Assembly (NCBI GenBank): GCA_964016885.1
Contig: OZ024748.1
Location: forward strand, 4,402,001-4,466,000
Source of the DNA: Eledone cirrhosa
Taxonomy: Eukaryota
Reading direction: 5' to 3'
DNA length: 64,000 bases
The translations under genes and the position numbers were made by a program. The stretch's first letter is position 1, and every line of letters begins with the position of its first letter. The notes beneath the pieces are model-generated. The model was not told the origin of the DNA. It did not search any database and worked only from the letters and a program-made list of their open reading frames with translations. Positions 46,913-60,925 of this stretch are shown one piece after another.

Positions 46913-47011
46913 ATACACAATACTAAAGCTATAGATTATGTATAGCTTCACATTACTTTGCTTTCTATCCTTCCTTTTATGTTCTACTGTAGTTAACATT
47001 CAATTCTGTTA

Positions 47012-47249
47012 TCTATATATATAAAAGCAAGTCGGTCTGTGTGTCTGTCTGTGTACAAATACTAGGCTCCTTTTAACTTTTGAAGTACTAGGCCGATTTG
47101 GCACGTGCTATTGAGGCGACCTCTCATTGGCTAGCCAATTAGCTGACATAAACTGACATGTACTCAGAAATTGGTAGCTAAGCCATAAACGACCTTGAAC
47201 AATTCAGGCTGTCATTCAGATCCCGAGCAGCGCCGGGTACATCTGCTAG
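47012..47249 (+). mobile_element. Non-autonomous Helitron
   Basis: 5' A|TCTATATATATAAAAGC, subterminal hairpin CCCGAGCAGCGCCGGG (47222-47237), 3' CTAG|T, no TSD. Confidence 0.85.
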
Positions 47250-47432
47250 TCTAACTATACATGTAAATAACACAAACACACTGAAGCACACCAAACGAAT
47301 TGAATGGAGATATATAGAAAGATATATAGAATATCAACAAAATAATAGTAATTATATATATTGGGTCGTCGAGTATGAAATTTGTAGACATTTGTAGAAA
47401 AAAGAATTTCTACAAATTTCATACTTGACCCA

Positions 47433-47525
<93 letters not shown>

Positions 47526-47654
47526 GATGATATGATAGTGAGTAAAATCGAAGTTGCAACTAATACAGCATCTCTTGAAAGCAGAATCCTCATAAGCTTT
47601 GAACAACCACTCAATAAGATGATATCGATAAATCGATAAATTAAATCTTTTTTA

Positions 47655-47696
<42 letters not shown>

Positions 47697-47870
47697 TATA
47701 TATATAGAAAAGGCTTCTACAGGACTAGAACTGTTTCATTATATATCGGTGGATTGGCAGTATCGGTAGAGGGCCGGACACCATGCTTTGACGATAAAAT
47801 AAAGTACCAGTAATGCACTGGGTAATTGTTGGCTTTGTGCCAAAAGTAGAAACAATTATATATATATATT

Positions 47871-47945
<75 letters not shown>

Positions 47946-47972
47946 CAGAGTATAAATGTTTAATACAGAAAT

Positions 47973-48024
47973 GGCTTCTACAGGACTAGAACTGTTTCAT
48001 TCGAAGGATATCGTCAGGAAAGCC
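47973..48024 (-). ncRNA. Hammerhead-like fold, family B (twin on + at about 48025-48075)
   Basis: GGCTTTC-CTGACGA-TATCCTTCGAAT-GAAA-CAG-TTCTAGTC-CTG-TA^GAAGCC. Stem I differs from the 48.6-kb copy but still pairs. Stem II is weak. Confidence 0.5.
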
Positions 48025-48140
48025 CTTTCCTGATGATTTCTTTTAAATGAAACATTTCTAGTCCTGTAAAAGCCATTTCTATATTAAACAATAAGGGTGA
48101 AAGCAGCGATTCTTTGCTTAAACTTGAATCAGTTATTTTA

Positions 48141-48224
<84 letters not shown>

Positions 48225-48415
48225 TGGAAAGAGAGATATATTTTAACTTTAATTATATCTCATAAAATAATACAACTGGCTTTTCCACGTAATACATATT
48301 GTTACCACCCCAAACACTTAAATTGGGTTTATATTAAAATATAACCTAATGTTTGTTGAGTGAGATGGTTACCAGTCAGAGTTTAGCTTTAAACTATCTC
48401 TGTTATTGTATTAAA

Positions 48416-48507
<92 letters not shown>

Positions 48508-48588
48508 GTTATTCCGGGTTGAATCGGAGGTAACCACAGTAAGTAAGTTACTCAATACATTGCAGAGTATAACAGTTTTAATATAGAT

Positions 48589-48641
48589 GAGATTCTACAG
48601 GACTAGAACTGTTTCATTCTTTAGAAATCATCAGGGATCTC
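48589..48641 (-). ncRNA. Hammerhead-like fold, family B (palindromic twin on + at about 48635-48687)
   Basis: GAGATCC-CTGATGA-TTTC-TAAA-GAAT-GAAA-CAG-TTCTAGTC-CTG-TA^GAATCTC. Stem III is ACAG/CTGT with a GUA triplet, and stem I pairs 6 of 7 positions. Confidence 0.55.
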
Positions 48642-48923
48642 TGATGATTTCTAAAGAATGAAACAGTTCTAGTCCTGTAGAATCTCATCTATATATATAT
48701 ACATTTACTTTGCTTTAAAAAAACGGTTTGCACGTTGTGCATGCTTCATCATGTACCCGGTTGTCTGGTGTCTTTGCCCTATAACCACACCCAGTGTCAT
48801 TCAACATGTACCCTGCACTGCGTTACATTTTCCTTCGGGTATTATTACATCGGTAAACTGTAACATTGCACCCCTAATTTCGTCTTTTATTCACCTCATT
48901 TGATTTTGTTTTCATAATTATAC

Positions 48924-49028
<105 letters not shown>

Positions 49029-49103
49029 AAGTTTTTCGCAAACCAAACTAGTTAACCCGATTAGACACAGTCAATCATACTCGTTTATATATATGTATGC
49101 GTG

Positions 49104-49156
<53 letters not shown>

Positions 49157-49265
49157 TATACATATATATATATATACATATACATAAATATATAATGTGT
49201 TTGTGTGTAGACAGGCTGGTTACATCTGCATACTGTGTGACAAAAATCTATAGATATATTCTGCA

Positions 49266-49310
<45 letters not shown>

Positions 49311-50691
49311 TATATACACACGCAAAACGTTTTCATCTGTCTATACATTCAGTAGTGCTGAAAACGAAAATAGTTTTTCTTTTTATATATATACAATTCT
49401 GGCTAAAAATCTACAGTATATTTCATTGTATTGCATATACACACACGATGTTTACAGCTATCTATGCCTTATTGGCTATAAATATATACATACATTCTGT
49501 AGTACAATATATATACACGCGGTGTTTATAAGTGTTTATACTCTGTTGGCTATAAATCTCTATATATATACTCTGCAGTATATATTCTGCAATATATACA
49601 CACATGGTGTTTATATTTATCTATACCCTGGTGGCTATAGATATATACATATAGTCCCTAGTACAATGTAACATTTCATTTAACCTTCTTCAAAATTCAT
49701 CAGTGCATGAAAGTCCTCTGGGGTGAAACAGTAACAATTTATCATGTGATCGATTTAATAGATATCCTGATTTATTGCTATCGATCTTGCGGTAATTACT
49801 ATTGTGAAATCCAATGTACATAACTAGCGAAACATCGCAACTGGGCCATGTATTTCTTAAACCTTTGTGACCAGAGTTTCTTATAAGGATATAAATACTA
49901 CTGTTTTAATTAGAAAAACAAAATCACTTCTTTTTTTAATATAGGAACGATTGACTTTCGTCAATGTTTCCATTTGTCTTTCCAATTGCTAATACTATCT
50001 AACGGTCGCAACTCCAGGTAGAAGGTGCAACGTGAAATAAAGTGTCTTGCTCAAGGACATAACTCATCGTCTGGTCTGGGAATTGGACGCACAACCACAC
50101 GTTTGCGAAACCAATTCTCTAACCACTCAGCCACACGCCTTCACTTTTTTAATATACCAATATTTTATTTAATACATTTCAGTTGAAAATCATATTTTCA
50201 ATAAAATAAAAGAAAAGGAAATAGAAAAAATTATATAACGAAGGTAAGCTAAAGGGTGGGTGGGGTTGGTAGCAGAATGTTCACCCTATTCTAGGCACTG
50301 TGTCTCAGCTGCATCTAGAACAGCCAGCAACACCCGTTGCATCAGCCACGTCGTGTCACAAGACTCCTTTCATAGGGAAGAAGCAATCCTTCAAATTCTA
50401 GGGAGGTAGTATGGGCAGTCCGGTGATCGCGGATACCAGTTGTATACGGTAACCGGCATGAAAAGCGACCGGTCAAATCCCAGTACAAGTATTTAACTTT
50501 CTTCCTTTCCTCATCGTTACAGGTGGTAGTCAGGGCTGGATTTAAACCCCGGGAGACCGGGGCACATCAGGTTTGGCAGGAGGTCCTCATACAAAAAATA
50601 TTAGAATACACAGCAAACCCTCCAAATTTACATATCAAAGTTAGCTTGGCGCAAGATATTGGAATTGAAAAGTTATATTAATACATACAGG

Positions 50692-51154
50692 CAAGGGCCA
50701 TGTTTCAGGGAGGTACCAGGGGACAAATCCCCTCCCCCACTTTTTCAAACGTCTTATTTTATTTTTTGTTTATTTGATATAATAAATTCTTTTTAAGCTT
50801 ATTTTTTTATATCTGAACTTCATTTGAATACATAAAATTTAATTAGTGCAAAATTTTACTTATGTGATAGGGTCCGGGAAATTTTACTTATGTGATAGGG
50901 TCCGGGAAATTTTACTTATGTGATAGGGTCCGGGAAATTTTACTTATGTGATAGGGTCCGGGAAATTTTACTTATGTGATAGGGTCCGGGAAATTTTACT
51001 TATGTGATAGGGTCCGGGAAATTTTACTTATGTGATAGGGTCCGGGAAATTTTACTTATGTGATAGGGTCCATAAACAATACTAACAAGGTCCTTTAAGA
51101 ATCAAGAAATGTTGGTTTGTCCACCTCACACTTTTAAGGCAAACGGGGCTCCTG
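50692..51154. mobile_element. hAT-like MITE with 8-bp TSD, nested in another MITE
   Basis: Imperfect TIRs CAAGGGCCATGTTT / AAACGGGGCTCCTG. TSD CATACAGG (50684-50691) / CAAACAGG (51155-51162). Confidence 0.75.
50851..51071 (+). repeat. 28-bp minisatellite, about 8 identical copies
   Basis: Unit AAATTTTACTTATGTGATAGGGTCCGGG with period 28 and no spacers. Confidence 0.95.
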
Positions 51155-52073
51155 CAAACAGGTATTAAGTTAACAAATTTTAACTATCCTAAAAGTAAAA
51201 TGTCCAGCTGAGGGCACAAATAAATTCCTACGATCAGAATGGTAGTGGTGTTGTTGGTGAAGGTGTTGGTGGTGATGTTGGAGGTGGTGTGGATGGAAGT
51301 GGTGGTAGTGATGATGTTGATGCTGATGATATTGTTAGTGGTAGGGATGTTGGTGAATGTGTTGTTGGTAGTGGTGATGGTGATGGTGATGTTGGTGAAT
51401 GTATTGGTGGTAGGGATGTAGGTGAATGTGTTGATGTTGGTGGAGTAGCTGGTAGGTGGTGCTGTTGTCAGTGTTGGTGTTGGTGGGGGAGTAGGTTTTT
51501 AACTTGTAGTGGACAGGGAGGTGTGTGTGCGTGTATATTGGAGACACATTTACGTCTGGTCAGTAAGTAGCCAGTGGCCGCAAGCCAGAAGATATAAAAC
51601 TCGTAAAGCAACTTAACTATATATATATATATATATTAGTAAAAAGGAAAAGAAAAAGCTGACAAATTTTTCCCAGTGAAAAATAGTTTAATTAGGAATA
51701 AGTATAAATTAGTAATAAGTATTAGTTTTAAGTTTTTACCGGATGCGCATTTCTTATGCTTTCAAAAATGATTTTGAGATAGAGTGCCCCAAAAATCACG
51801 AGCGCTCTATCTCAAAATTATTTTTGAAAAGCATTTCTTTGATTCGTCAAAGTGACCTTATTGAAAAGATGACATTATTGAAAAAATGAGAGGGACAATT
51901 CTTTTAAAAAGAAGTTTTATAATGTATATAAAGTATTTATATAGATTATAAAACCTTTTTTAAAAAGAATTGTCCCTCTCATTTTTTAAATAAGGTCACT
52001 TTGACGAATCAAAGAAAGGATAGAAAAAAAAAAACAGACCCTTAAATATATTTTCTGTGCTATTTCTAACTTC

Positions 52074-52171
<98 letters not shown>

Positions 52172-52896
52172 GGGGGGTGCTAGTGCATGTAGTGAAAAGG
52201 GTTGTGGGTCATTTTGATCACTTGACCTGCTAGAAATAGTAGCCCATTTTCACCCTCAAATCAACCCCACCATGATCTTAAAGAATATGTTTCCTTGGGT
52301 AATATAGTTAAAGGCTCATGACAATTAGGAGAAAAAGACGAGAGGGTCACGGCTGGAACTGAAATTTCATTAATACATATATCTCTGTTGGAGAGGATGG
52401 TGGTTGTAAAGTAGAGCAACTAAAACAGCAACAACAATAACAACATCATCAACAACAATAACAACTGCAACAACAATAACAGCAGCATCAACAATAACAA
52501 CAAAAGCAGCAACAACAACAACAACAACAACAAAAGACATTGGTAGCTAATCATATGAAAAGGTTCTGTAAGGCAACATTTACGTGGTCAGTACGTGTTG
52601 TGGTGGCGGGGTGGTGTGTTGTTGTATAGTGATGTGGTGGGGCTGTAGTGTGATGGTGTGGTATGGTGGTGTGGTATGGTATGGTATGTTGTGGTGTAGC
52701 GGCGGGGTGGTAGTTGTGGAGGGGTGTAATGTGTTGTGGTGTTGTGTAGTGGTGTGGTGTAGTGGCGAGGTGGTGTGTTGTGGATGGGTGTAGTGTGCTG
52801 GTGTGGTATGGTATGATGTGGTGTGGTGTTGTGAGAGTTGAAACTTAAGTGGTGAGAAGTGAATAGCTAGAAACTCAGAGAACATACTACCACAGC

Positions 52897-52927
<31 letters not shown>

Positions 52928-52931
52928 ATAT

Positions 52932-52989
<58 letters not shown>

Positions 52990-53172
52990 GTATATACATA
53001 TACATATAGATAGATAGATAGATAGATAGATAGGGAAGAAGACATCAAACACATACCAGTTTTTGCCGCTTTCCTTTCCTTTATATATATATTTTTAAAT
53101 CTTATATTTTACAAGTGGTTTTTCTTTTTCTTCATTTATCATTTATTTCGTCCTTTCGGGCTATCTGATTGA

Positions 53173-53210
<38 letters not shown>

Positions 53211-53312
53211 GTCTGTTTATCTGTCTGTCTGTCTGTTTGGCAGACTTAAAGAGTCACCGTCGAAATAGTTAGCAATGATCAACCTCGGACATGAGTGGAG
53301 AGTTATCTCATA

Positions 53313-53609
53313 CTGGGTCAGATTTAGATCTTGTGGGGCCCGGGTCACTTCAGGTTTGTGGGCCCTACATACACAAAATATAGAATACACAGCAAGCCCC
53401 CAATTTTACATATCAAAGTTAGCTTGATGCAAGTAATTTGGAATGGAAAAGTTAGACATGCAGATATTACATTCGAAAAATTCTAACCATCCTAAAACTA
53501 AAGGCCTAACAGAGGGCATAAATAAATTGCTACGGCCATTGTTTGTGGTGCGCCTCACTGCTGGGGGCCAGGGCAATTACCCCAATTGTGTCCTATTAAT
53601 CCGGCCCTG
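53313..53609 (+). mobile_element. hAT-like MITE family (CAGGGCCGGATT-type TIRs)
   Basis: Ends CTGGGTCAGATTTA / TTAATCCGGCCCTG. The internal AGAATACACAGCAA..CCCCAATTTTACATATCAAAGTTAGCTTG is shared with 38059-38377 (-), 50531-51235 (+, interrupted) and about 62630-62869 (-). Confidence 0.8.
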
Positions 53610-53887
53610 GACTGACTAATTCACTGCTAATATTCAACAGACCTCCGGGTGCAGTACGAGTCACTGGTATATATATATATATATACATATATGTGATATT
53701 TGGAAGAGTCATACTGCCAATAAAAACACACTCCAATTTATTACAAATTTCCGGTTGGCTGCTTTATTGTTTATAAATTGTCAAAGCTCTTTCGTCGCAC
53801 ATTCTGTGAACTCCTCAATGACTAATTTATTTCATGGCCCTCCTTTGTTCTGTCCTACACCATCTTGTTTTTGTGTTATATATATAA

Positions 53888-53992
<105 letters not shown>

Positions 53993-54128
53993 TGTGTGTA
54001 ACTATGAAGCGAAATAAGATACTTTAATTTATATCACATATATGTGAAGAATAGCGTTTGCACGCGTAGTGTCTGTGTGTGTGGACTTTTCGCTTTTCCT
54101 CTCTCTCAATATATATATATATATATTT

Positions 54129-54164
<36 letters not shown>

Positions 54165-55117
54165 CGTGCGGCATGTGGCCGAATTTTATAGTCGAATCAA
54201 TGGCCATAAAGAGACCAAAGCCTATTCTACTGTTGATGGTCAGATGACCATTACTATAGGACTGGGGATGACAAGATGGAATCCTGTCGTTAAAACGGAC
54301 AGTGTAATATACATTGAAGGTCGTAATTTATTGAAAGTGACAGATCAAATTTACAACTACCCATTTAAAGGATTTATATTCTCACAATGTTCTTTCCTTT
54401 TTAAATAAAAACACAATGTATGTATATTTTCACAGCCGTACACACTTATACATACATGTATACATACAAACATACATACATATATATATACACATAAATA
54501 TATATATATATATACATACATGATGGGCGCAATACGTATTTCGAGTAATGCCATCGCTTGATACTTAGGTATGAACATCACAGACGTGGCTTTTTAGTCC
54601 AACTAGGGACTTGCCTGTAGCCAGCAATACCATGCATCACAAACAATGTCACATATCAAGAGATGCCTGCGCTTGAAGCTTTTTTAGGCGGGGAAAGCCA
54701 ATCCTACTCTCTAAACATCCAATGCAGTTGCCCAACAAGAAGAACTGCTCTACACCATTGGATACAAACGAAGTCGCAGGTTTTATATCTGAGTGACCTT
54801 CTCCTAGAGAGATGTCTTAATGAAGATTATAATAAACATTACAAGCAATCACTTTCCCTTCTCCCCCCCCCTCTCCTCCTCCTCCTCATCATCATCATCA
54901 TCATTATCAACGTCATGGTTGTCATCTTTACTAACAACCCAGACCTCGTTATCCTTACCACGTTAGTTCCTTTAAATAGACGTCTTTCCCAATATCTTCC
55001 AGTAAAGGAACATTGTGACCTCACGACTTTCCTTGTCTTAACACTCCGGCAAACAACAACAAATACAACAACAAACACTAACGCCCTCTAGAGCCCTTGA
55101 CTTTCCCTCCCTTTTCC

Positions 55118-55156
<39 letters not shown>

Positions 55157-55308
55157 CTTACCAATCGCAACAAACAATAACACTAACAGACACGAAACAA
55201 TAAGAGAGAGAAAAGGAAAAAGCAACGCAGGGAGGATTGATAGGTCTCTTGAGAGAATGTAATAGGAAACTTGAAACTGATGTAGTTAATGTTTCTAGCA
55301 GCGAGAGC

Positions 55309-55600
55309 GGGTGCCTCTAGCTGGTGGTTGTTGTAGTTGGTAGAAATAGCAGCTAAATATACCTCAAATATAGTAGAGAGAGAGAGAGGGTGCCTCTAGC
55401 TGGTGGTTGTTGTAGTTGGTAGAAATAGCAGCTAAATATACCTCAAATATAGTAGAGAGAGAGAGAGGGGGTGCCTCTAGCTGGTGGTTGTTGTAGTTGG
55501 TAGAAATAGCAGCTAATTATACCTCAAATATACTAGAGATGCTAGGTTACTTCATGTTAGAAATAGTAGCTAAATATACCTCAAATATAACAGAGACGCT
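55309..55600 (+). repeat. ~80-bp tandem triplication of a SINE-derived segment
   Basis: GGGTGCCTCTAGCTGGTGGTTGTTGTAGTTGGTAGAAATAGCAGCTAA at 55309, 55388 and 55469. Related TAGAAATAGCAGC segments occur near 52230, 61600 and 61825. Confidence 0.85.
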
Positions 55601-55987
55601 AGGTTCCTTCATGTGTTTCGTTGGCCATGTTAGAAAGTGTCCTCAAATTACACTTTACACTCTTGAAATTGTGTAAGTTAATCTGTCCCAATGAAGACCA
55701 CCTTACAGTTATGTAAACTGCATTGCTGATATTTCCATCTGCGAGGGTGGGTATTTCATGTAGTAGAATCAGTAGCAATATCTTAAAATATACTTTATGG
55801 CTTTTACAAGAAAATCCAATTGAAATACCTTGTGTTGTTACATGTCTAGACAGCTAACATCATCTCTTTGCAAAATGACACACTAATATTATAAATAAAA
55901 TCCCATGTGCTTTTAGCTTTAAAACAGTAGGTCACTGACGTCAAGGGCTAGAGGTTATATGGGAAGCTAGAAATAGACCCATAAATG

Positions 55988-56041
<54 letters not shown>

Positions 56042-56113
56042 TAATTTTATAAATATATATATATATATATATTTATAAAATTATATATGTATATATACAT
56101 ACTTACATATATA

Positions 56114-56730
56114 CAGTGGCGGCGGACTGGCCAGGTTGCCAGATTGCCCAATGGAAAGTGGGCCGCAGGGTTCCCACGGTAACATTAAAGGAGCCTAATG
56201 TAGTATTTTAGGGGCCACTGCTAAGTTTTCAAAAAGAGAAAGAGTAAAATTTAAAAAATAAATAAATAAAACAATTAAGCAAAGCATTTGGTGAACGACA
56301 CCACATCATTTTGTTTTGAAAATTTTGAAAGTAGGTTTATAAGTATGAATTTTCAGTAGGTTTTCGTAGTTGTCCCAGTGGCCTACCGGTAGGTACTAGA
56401 GACATTGGAGATCCTGGTCTTGGGTTCAATCCTTGTCAAGAGGTACATGTAATGTCTCTCAGTTTTTATTTTTTTTTTACATCCCGTAGAAAAATAAAAG
56501 ACTGAAAAGGCTTACCGGGAACCCAACTCACGATAAGGATCGAACTTCAGAACAAGATTCCCACCATCTATGATTCCCCCTCCTCTCTAGGCCACCGGCA
56601 CAGCTACAAAAGTATAATGAAAATTAATAATTATAAACCTACTTTCAAAATCAAAATTAGATGATAGCATTCTATATATAGGCGGGCCCCTTTCATCTAC
56701 TGGCACCCGTTATCTTTAGACCCAGTCCGC

Positions 56731-56735
<5 letters not shown>
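56114..56735. mobile_element. hAT-like MITE with internal inverted tRNA-like segments
   Basis: TIRs CAGTGGC(GGC)GGACTGG / CCAGTCCGCCATTG within TA flanks. Internal inverted homology between 56322-56445 and 56525-56650. Confidence 0.7.
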
Positions 56736-56784
<49 letters not shown>

Positions 56785-56938
56785 CAAAGAAGGTGTGGTA
56801 AGGTACCAGTGGGCCATAACGCACCAGAGTACTCAGTACTTAGGGTAGTAGAGGGGGTAATAGGAAAAGAGTCAGGACCCCGACGGCTGAGCTCCGGCCG
56901 CTTCGACAGCTAGATCCGAACGGTGTCCTGACGCTTTT

Positions 56939-56972
<34 letters not shown>

Positions 56973-57383
56973 TACATATACAGGCACATATATATTTATA
57001 TACATACATATACAAGCATATATATGTATATATATACATACATATACAGGCACATATATGTATATATTTATATACATACATATACAGGCACATATATGTA
57101 TATATAAACACATGTGTATATAGACATTCAAACATAATCGTTTGTAGGTGGAAGTACTAGATATGGAATACTTTCTGGAAACCTGATCTTAGTTCAGTAC
57201 ATATCAGTGAACTGTAAATCTATTCTCCGACATTCCAAACCAAGCATCAAATAATTCTTGAGAAACTTCTGGAATATTGGATATTACGTCACCTTAATGT
57301 ATACTACGGGGTATTTTAAAATAAATAGGTATCTACACCCATACACACACACATAATGATAGATACATATATGTATATATAAG

Positions 57384-57419
<36 letters not shown>

Positions 57420-58265
57420 CACCATGCGACACCACCGCCACCATCACCATCACCATCACCACCACCAATAGCTGTACCATCTAAGCGAGAACTATCACAA
57501 CCATACATCACCACTAGGCCATAACAGCCTCGCAGCCACTCCACTACCACAAACTTACCACACCACCACCACCACCACAAATATGCAGCCCCCCCCCCCC
57601 ACCACCATTACCCTTCCCACTCCACCACCATCAAGACCACCACATCCATGTGACACCACCACCACCACCACCACCACCACAACCATGCGACATCATCACC
57701 ACCACATCCATGCGACACCACCACAATCATGCGACATCACCACACCACCACACTACGACCGCCACACCACCACACTACCACCACCACAACCATCACCACC
57801 ACCACACCACCACACCACCACACTACGACCGCCACACGACCACACTAACACTACCACACCATCAGCACCACCACAACCATACCACCACACCACCACACCA
57901 CCACACTACGACCGCCACACCACCACACTACCACCACCACAATCATGCGACACAATCATCCCCACCACCACCACACCACCACACTACGACCACCACACCA
58001 CCACACCACCACACTACCACCGCCACACCACCACACTGCCACCACCACAACCATGCGACACAACCATCACCACCACCACCACACCACCACACCCACCGCA
58101 ACACCACCATCACCACGACCACCACAACCATGCGACACCACTACATCATCAGCACCACCACAACCATACCACTAAATCACCACCACCACCACCACCACCA
58201 CCACCACCACACCACCACCACCACCACCACCTCCACCACCTACCACCACACCACCTCCACCATCT
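57420..58265 (+). repeat. Degenerate (CAC/ACC)n low-complexity tract
   Basis: CACCAC-rich sequence with recurring CACCACACTACGACCGCCAC subunits. Similar tracts at 40480-41000 and 52585-52830 (GTG). Confidence 0.9.
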
Positions 58266-58688
58266 GTACCATCCGACCAAACACCTACTATTAACGCTGA
58301 TGATGTCATTAACAGTTTCCGTAGAGTTCCTGGTTCTTTCTGCTGGCATCGTCTTCCGAGAACTCGGATGGGTTGGATGATTTACGAGCTTGCCTTGTCA
58401 ACGTCTCCAAACACTCGTCTCCTACCCCCATCCCTCCTCCTACTACCACCATCCCTCCCACTCTACCACCATCCCTCCCACTCTACCATCATCCCTCACA
58501 CCCTTCCACTAATTCCAAACAAACAACACACACACATATACACACCATTCTAGCCATTCTATCAATTCTTTCATTCTGTCATTTCTGCATTCTGCCAATC
58601 TGCCATCCCAAACCATTCCGAACCAAACCACGCTAGACTAAACTAAATCAAACCACACACACACACACACATACACACACAAAACACA

Positions 58689-58769
<81 letters not shown>

Positions 58770-59199
58770 CCAACGATACCATCTCTCTCCCTCTGTCTCT
58801 TTATATATATATATGTCTGTCTGTGTATTTGAGCATGTACACGTTATTTCCCCGCTGTGGAATGTATTTTGATGTGTGGTTATATACGTATATATATATA
58901 TATATATTATATCTTATATCTTATTTTGTTTTTATTAACGTACGCTGTAAATTATGATGATGGTGATATAGATAGTTAGAATCATGTTGCTGCTATTTCA
59001 GGTCGGCGGTCGTCTGGAAGCCCTGTCTGTTGTGAAACCTAGTGTTGAAACACGAGTTACAATATTTATATCAGTGGCTTGTGTACATCGAAATGCATTC
59101 AAGAACACATAAAAGACTTGCCCCGATATAAAATTGTCGTGTTAATCGTTGAAATAGACGTACACTTTTGACCAACACCGAAAGAACTGCTTGTCCTTT

Positions 59200-59666
59200 C
59201 GGTGTAAAATATAAATACACATTCTTAAATATACACTTATATTAACAGTGTAAAATATATATAAATTCTTACAAATACACTTATATTAACAGTGTAAAAT
59301 ATATATAGACATTCATACATATATACTTATATTGACAGTGTAAAATTCATATAGACATTCATACATATACACTTATATACGCAGTGTAAAAAATATATAG
59401 ACATATTCATACATATACACTTATATTTGTTTCTACTCTTTGGCACAAGGCCAGCATATATCCCAGTGCATTACTGGTACTTTATTTTATCGACCCCGTA
59501 AGGATGAAAAGCGGGATTTGACGATAAAGGGCCGTAACTCTTTGCTGCAAATCATGGCGTCCGACTCTCTACCGATACTGTCAATCCAGCGTCCCTAATA
59601 CACTTATATTAACAGTGTAAAATATATATAGACATATTCATACATATACATTTATATTAACAGTGT

Positions 59667-59718
<52 letters not shown>

Positions 59719-59750
59719 TATATATATACACTTATATTAACAGTGTATAA
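59200..59750 (+). repeat. ~45-bp minisatellite interrupted by a SINE
   Basis: ATACACTTATATTAACAGTGTAAAATATAT units. SINE 59428-59597 is flanked by ATACACTTATATT on both sides. Confidence 0.85.
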
Positions 59751-60250
59751 TATATATATATATAAAGACAGACAAAAAGAGAAATCTGTAATGAATGAAC
59801 GAATGAACGGATGGAGTAGATGGATCCGATCATAAAACTGTCAAAACGCCATATTGGCTTCGTACAAAATGGACGACATCAGCAAATTATACCACTTTAT
59901 AACATTGTATAGTGGTGATGATGGCGGTGGCGTGGTGGAGGTCGACGGGGTTGTGGTGACGGTGGTGATGATGGTGGTGGTGTTAGTTGTCGTGGTGGTA
60001 GATTTTGGTGTAGGAGTTGGTGTTCGAGTTGGTGCTGTTGTGTTGATTGGGGTAGTTTTAGTGGTAGTGCCAGTAGTGGTGTTGGTATGTCTTGTAGTAA
60101 TAGTGGTATTAGTAGCCGTCGTAGGTTTGCTAGTAGGTTCTGCTGATGGTAGTAGTTGTCATTATTTCATCCCCTCAAAATCAATCAAGTATTAGAGTCG
60201 ATACAATCGATTATATTTTCAATAAATAAATAATATATGTATATATATAT

Positions 60251-60300
<50 letters not shown>

Positions 60301-60823
60301 TATTATACGTACATGGACAAACCCGCCAGGGTTAACTTTGCCTTTCATCCTTACGGGGTCGATAAAATAAAGTACCAGTAATGCACATATATATATAATT
60401 ATATATATATAATTGTTTCTACTTTTGGCACAAGGCCAGCAATTATTCCAGTGCATTACTGGTACTTTATTTTATAGACCCCGTAAGGATGAAAGGCAAA
60501 GTTAACCTCAACGGGATTTGAACTCAGACCGTAAAGGGACGTAACTATGCTGGAAAGCATGGCGTCCGACCCTCTACCGATACTGCCAATTCACCGCCCT
60601 AATTATATATATATAATTGTTTCTACTTTAGGCACAAGGCCAGCAATTATCCAGTGCATTACTGGTATTGGGTAATTGCTGGCCTTGTGCCTAAAGTAGA
60701 AACAATTATATATATATAATGAATGCTAATGAATGCTTGTTTGTCCATGTATGTATAATTTATATATATATATATACACACAAACAATGAATATTTCTCT
60801 CTTAAATAACTAAATGTTATAAA

Positions 60824-60856
<33 letters not shown>

Positions 60857-60889
60857 TTTTCCCCCTCTCTCTCTCTCCTTTTCTCTCTC

Positions 60890-60925
<36 letters not shown>

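Noticed and set aside
50851-51071. 28-bp repeats as a CRISPR array
   Set aside because: The units are head-to-tail with no spacers, there are no cas genes, and the context is eukaryotic.
57583-58380. 265-aa Pro/His/Thr-rich ORF resembling an extensin or mucin
   Set aside because: It is a degenerate CAC repeat open in several frames on both strands, with no domain or splice support.
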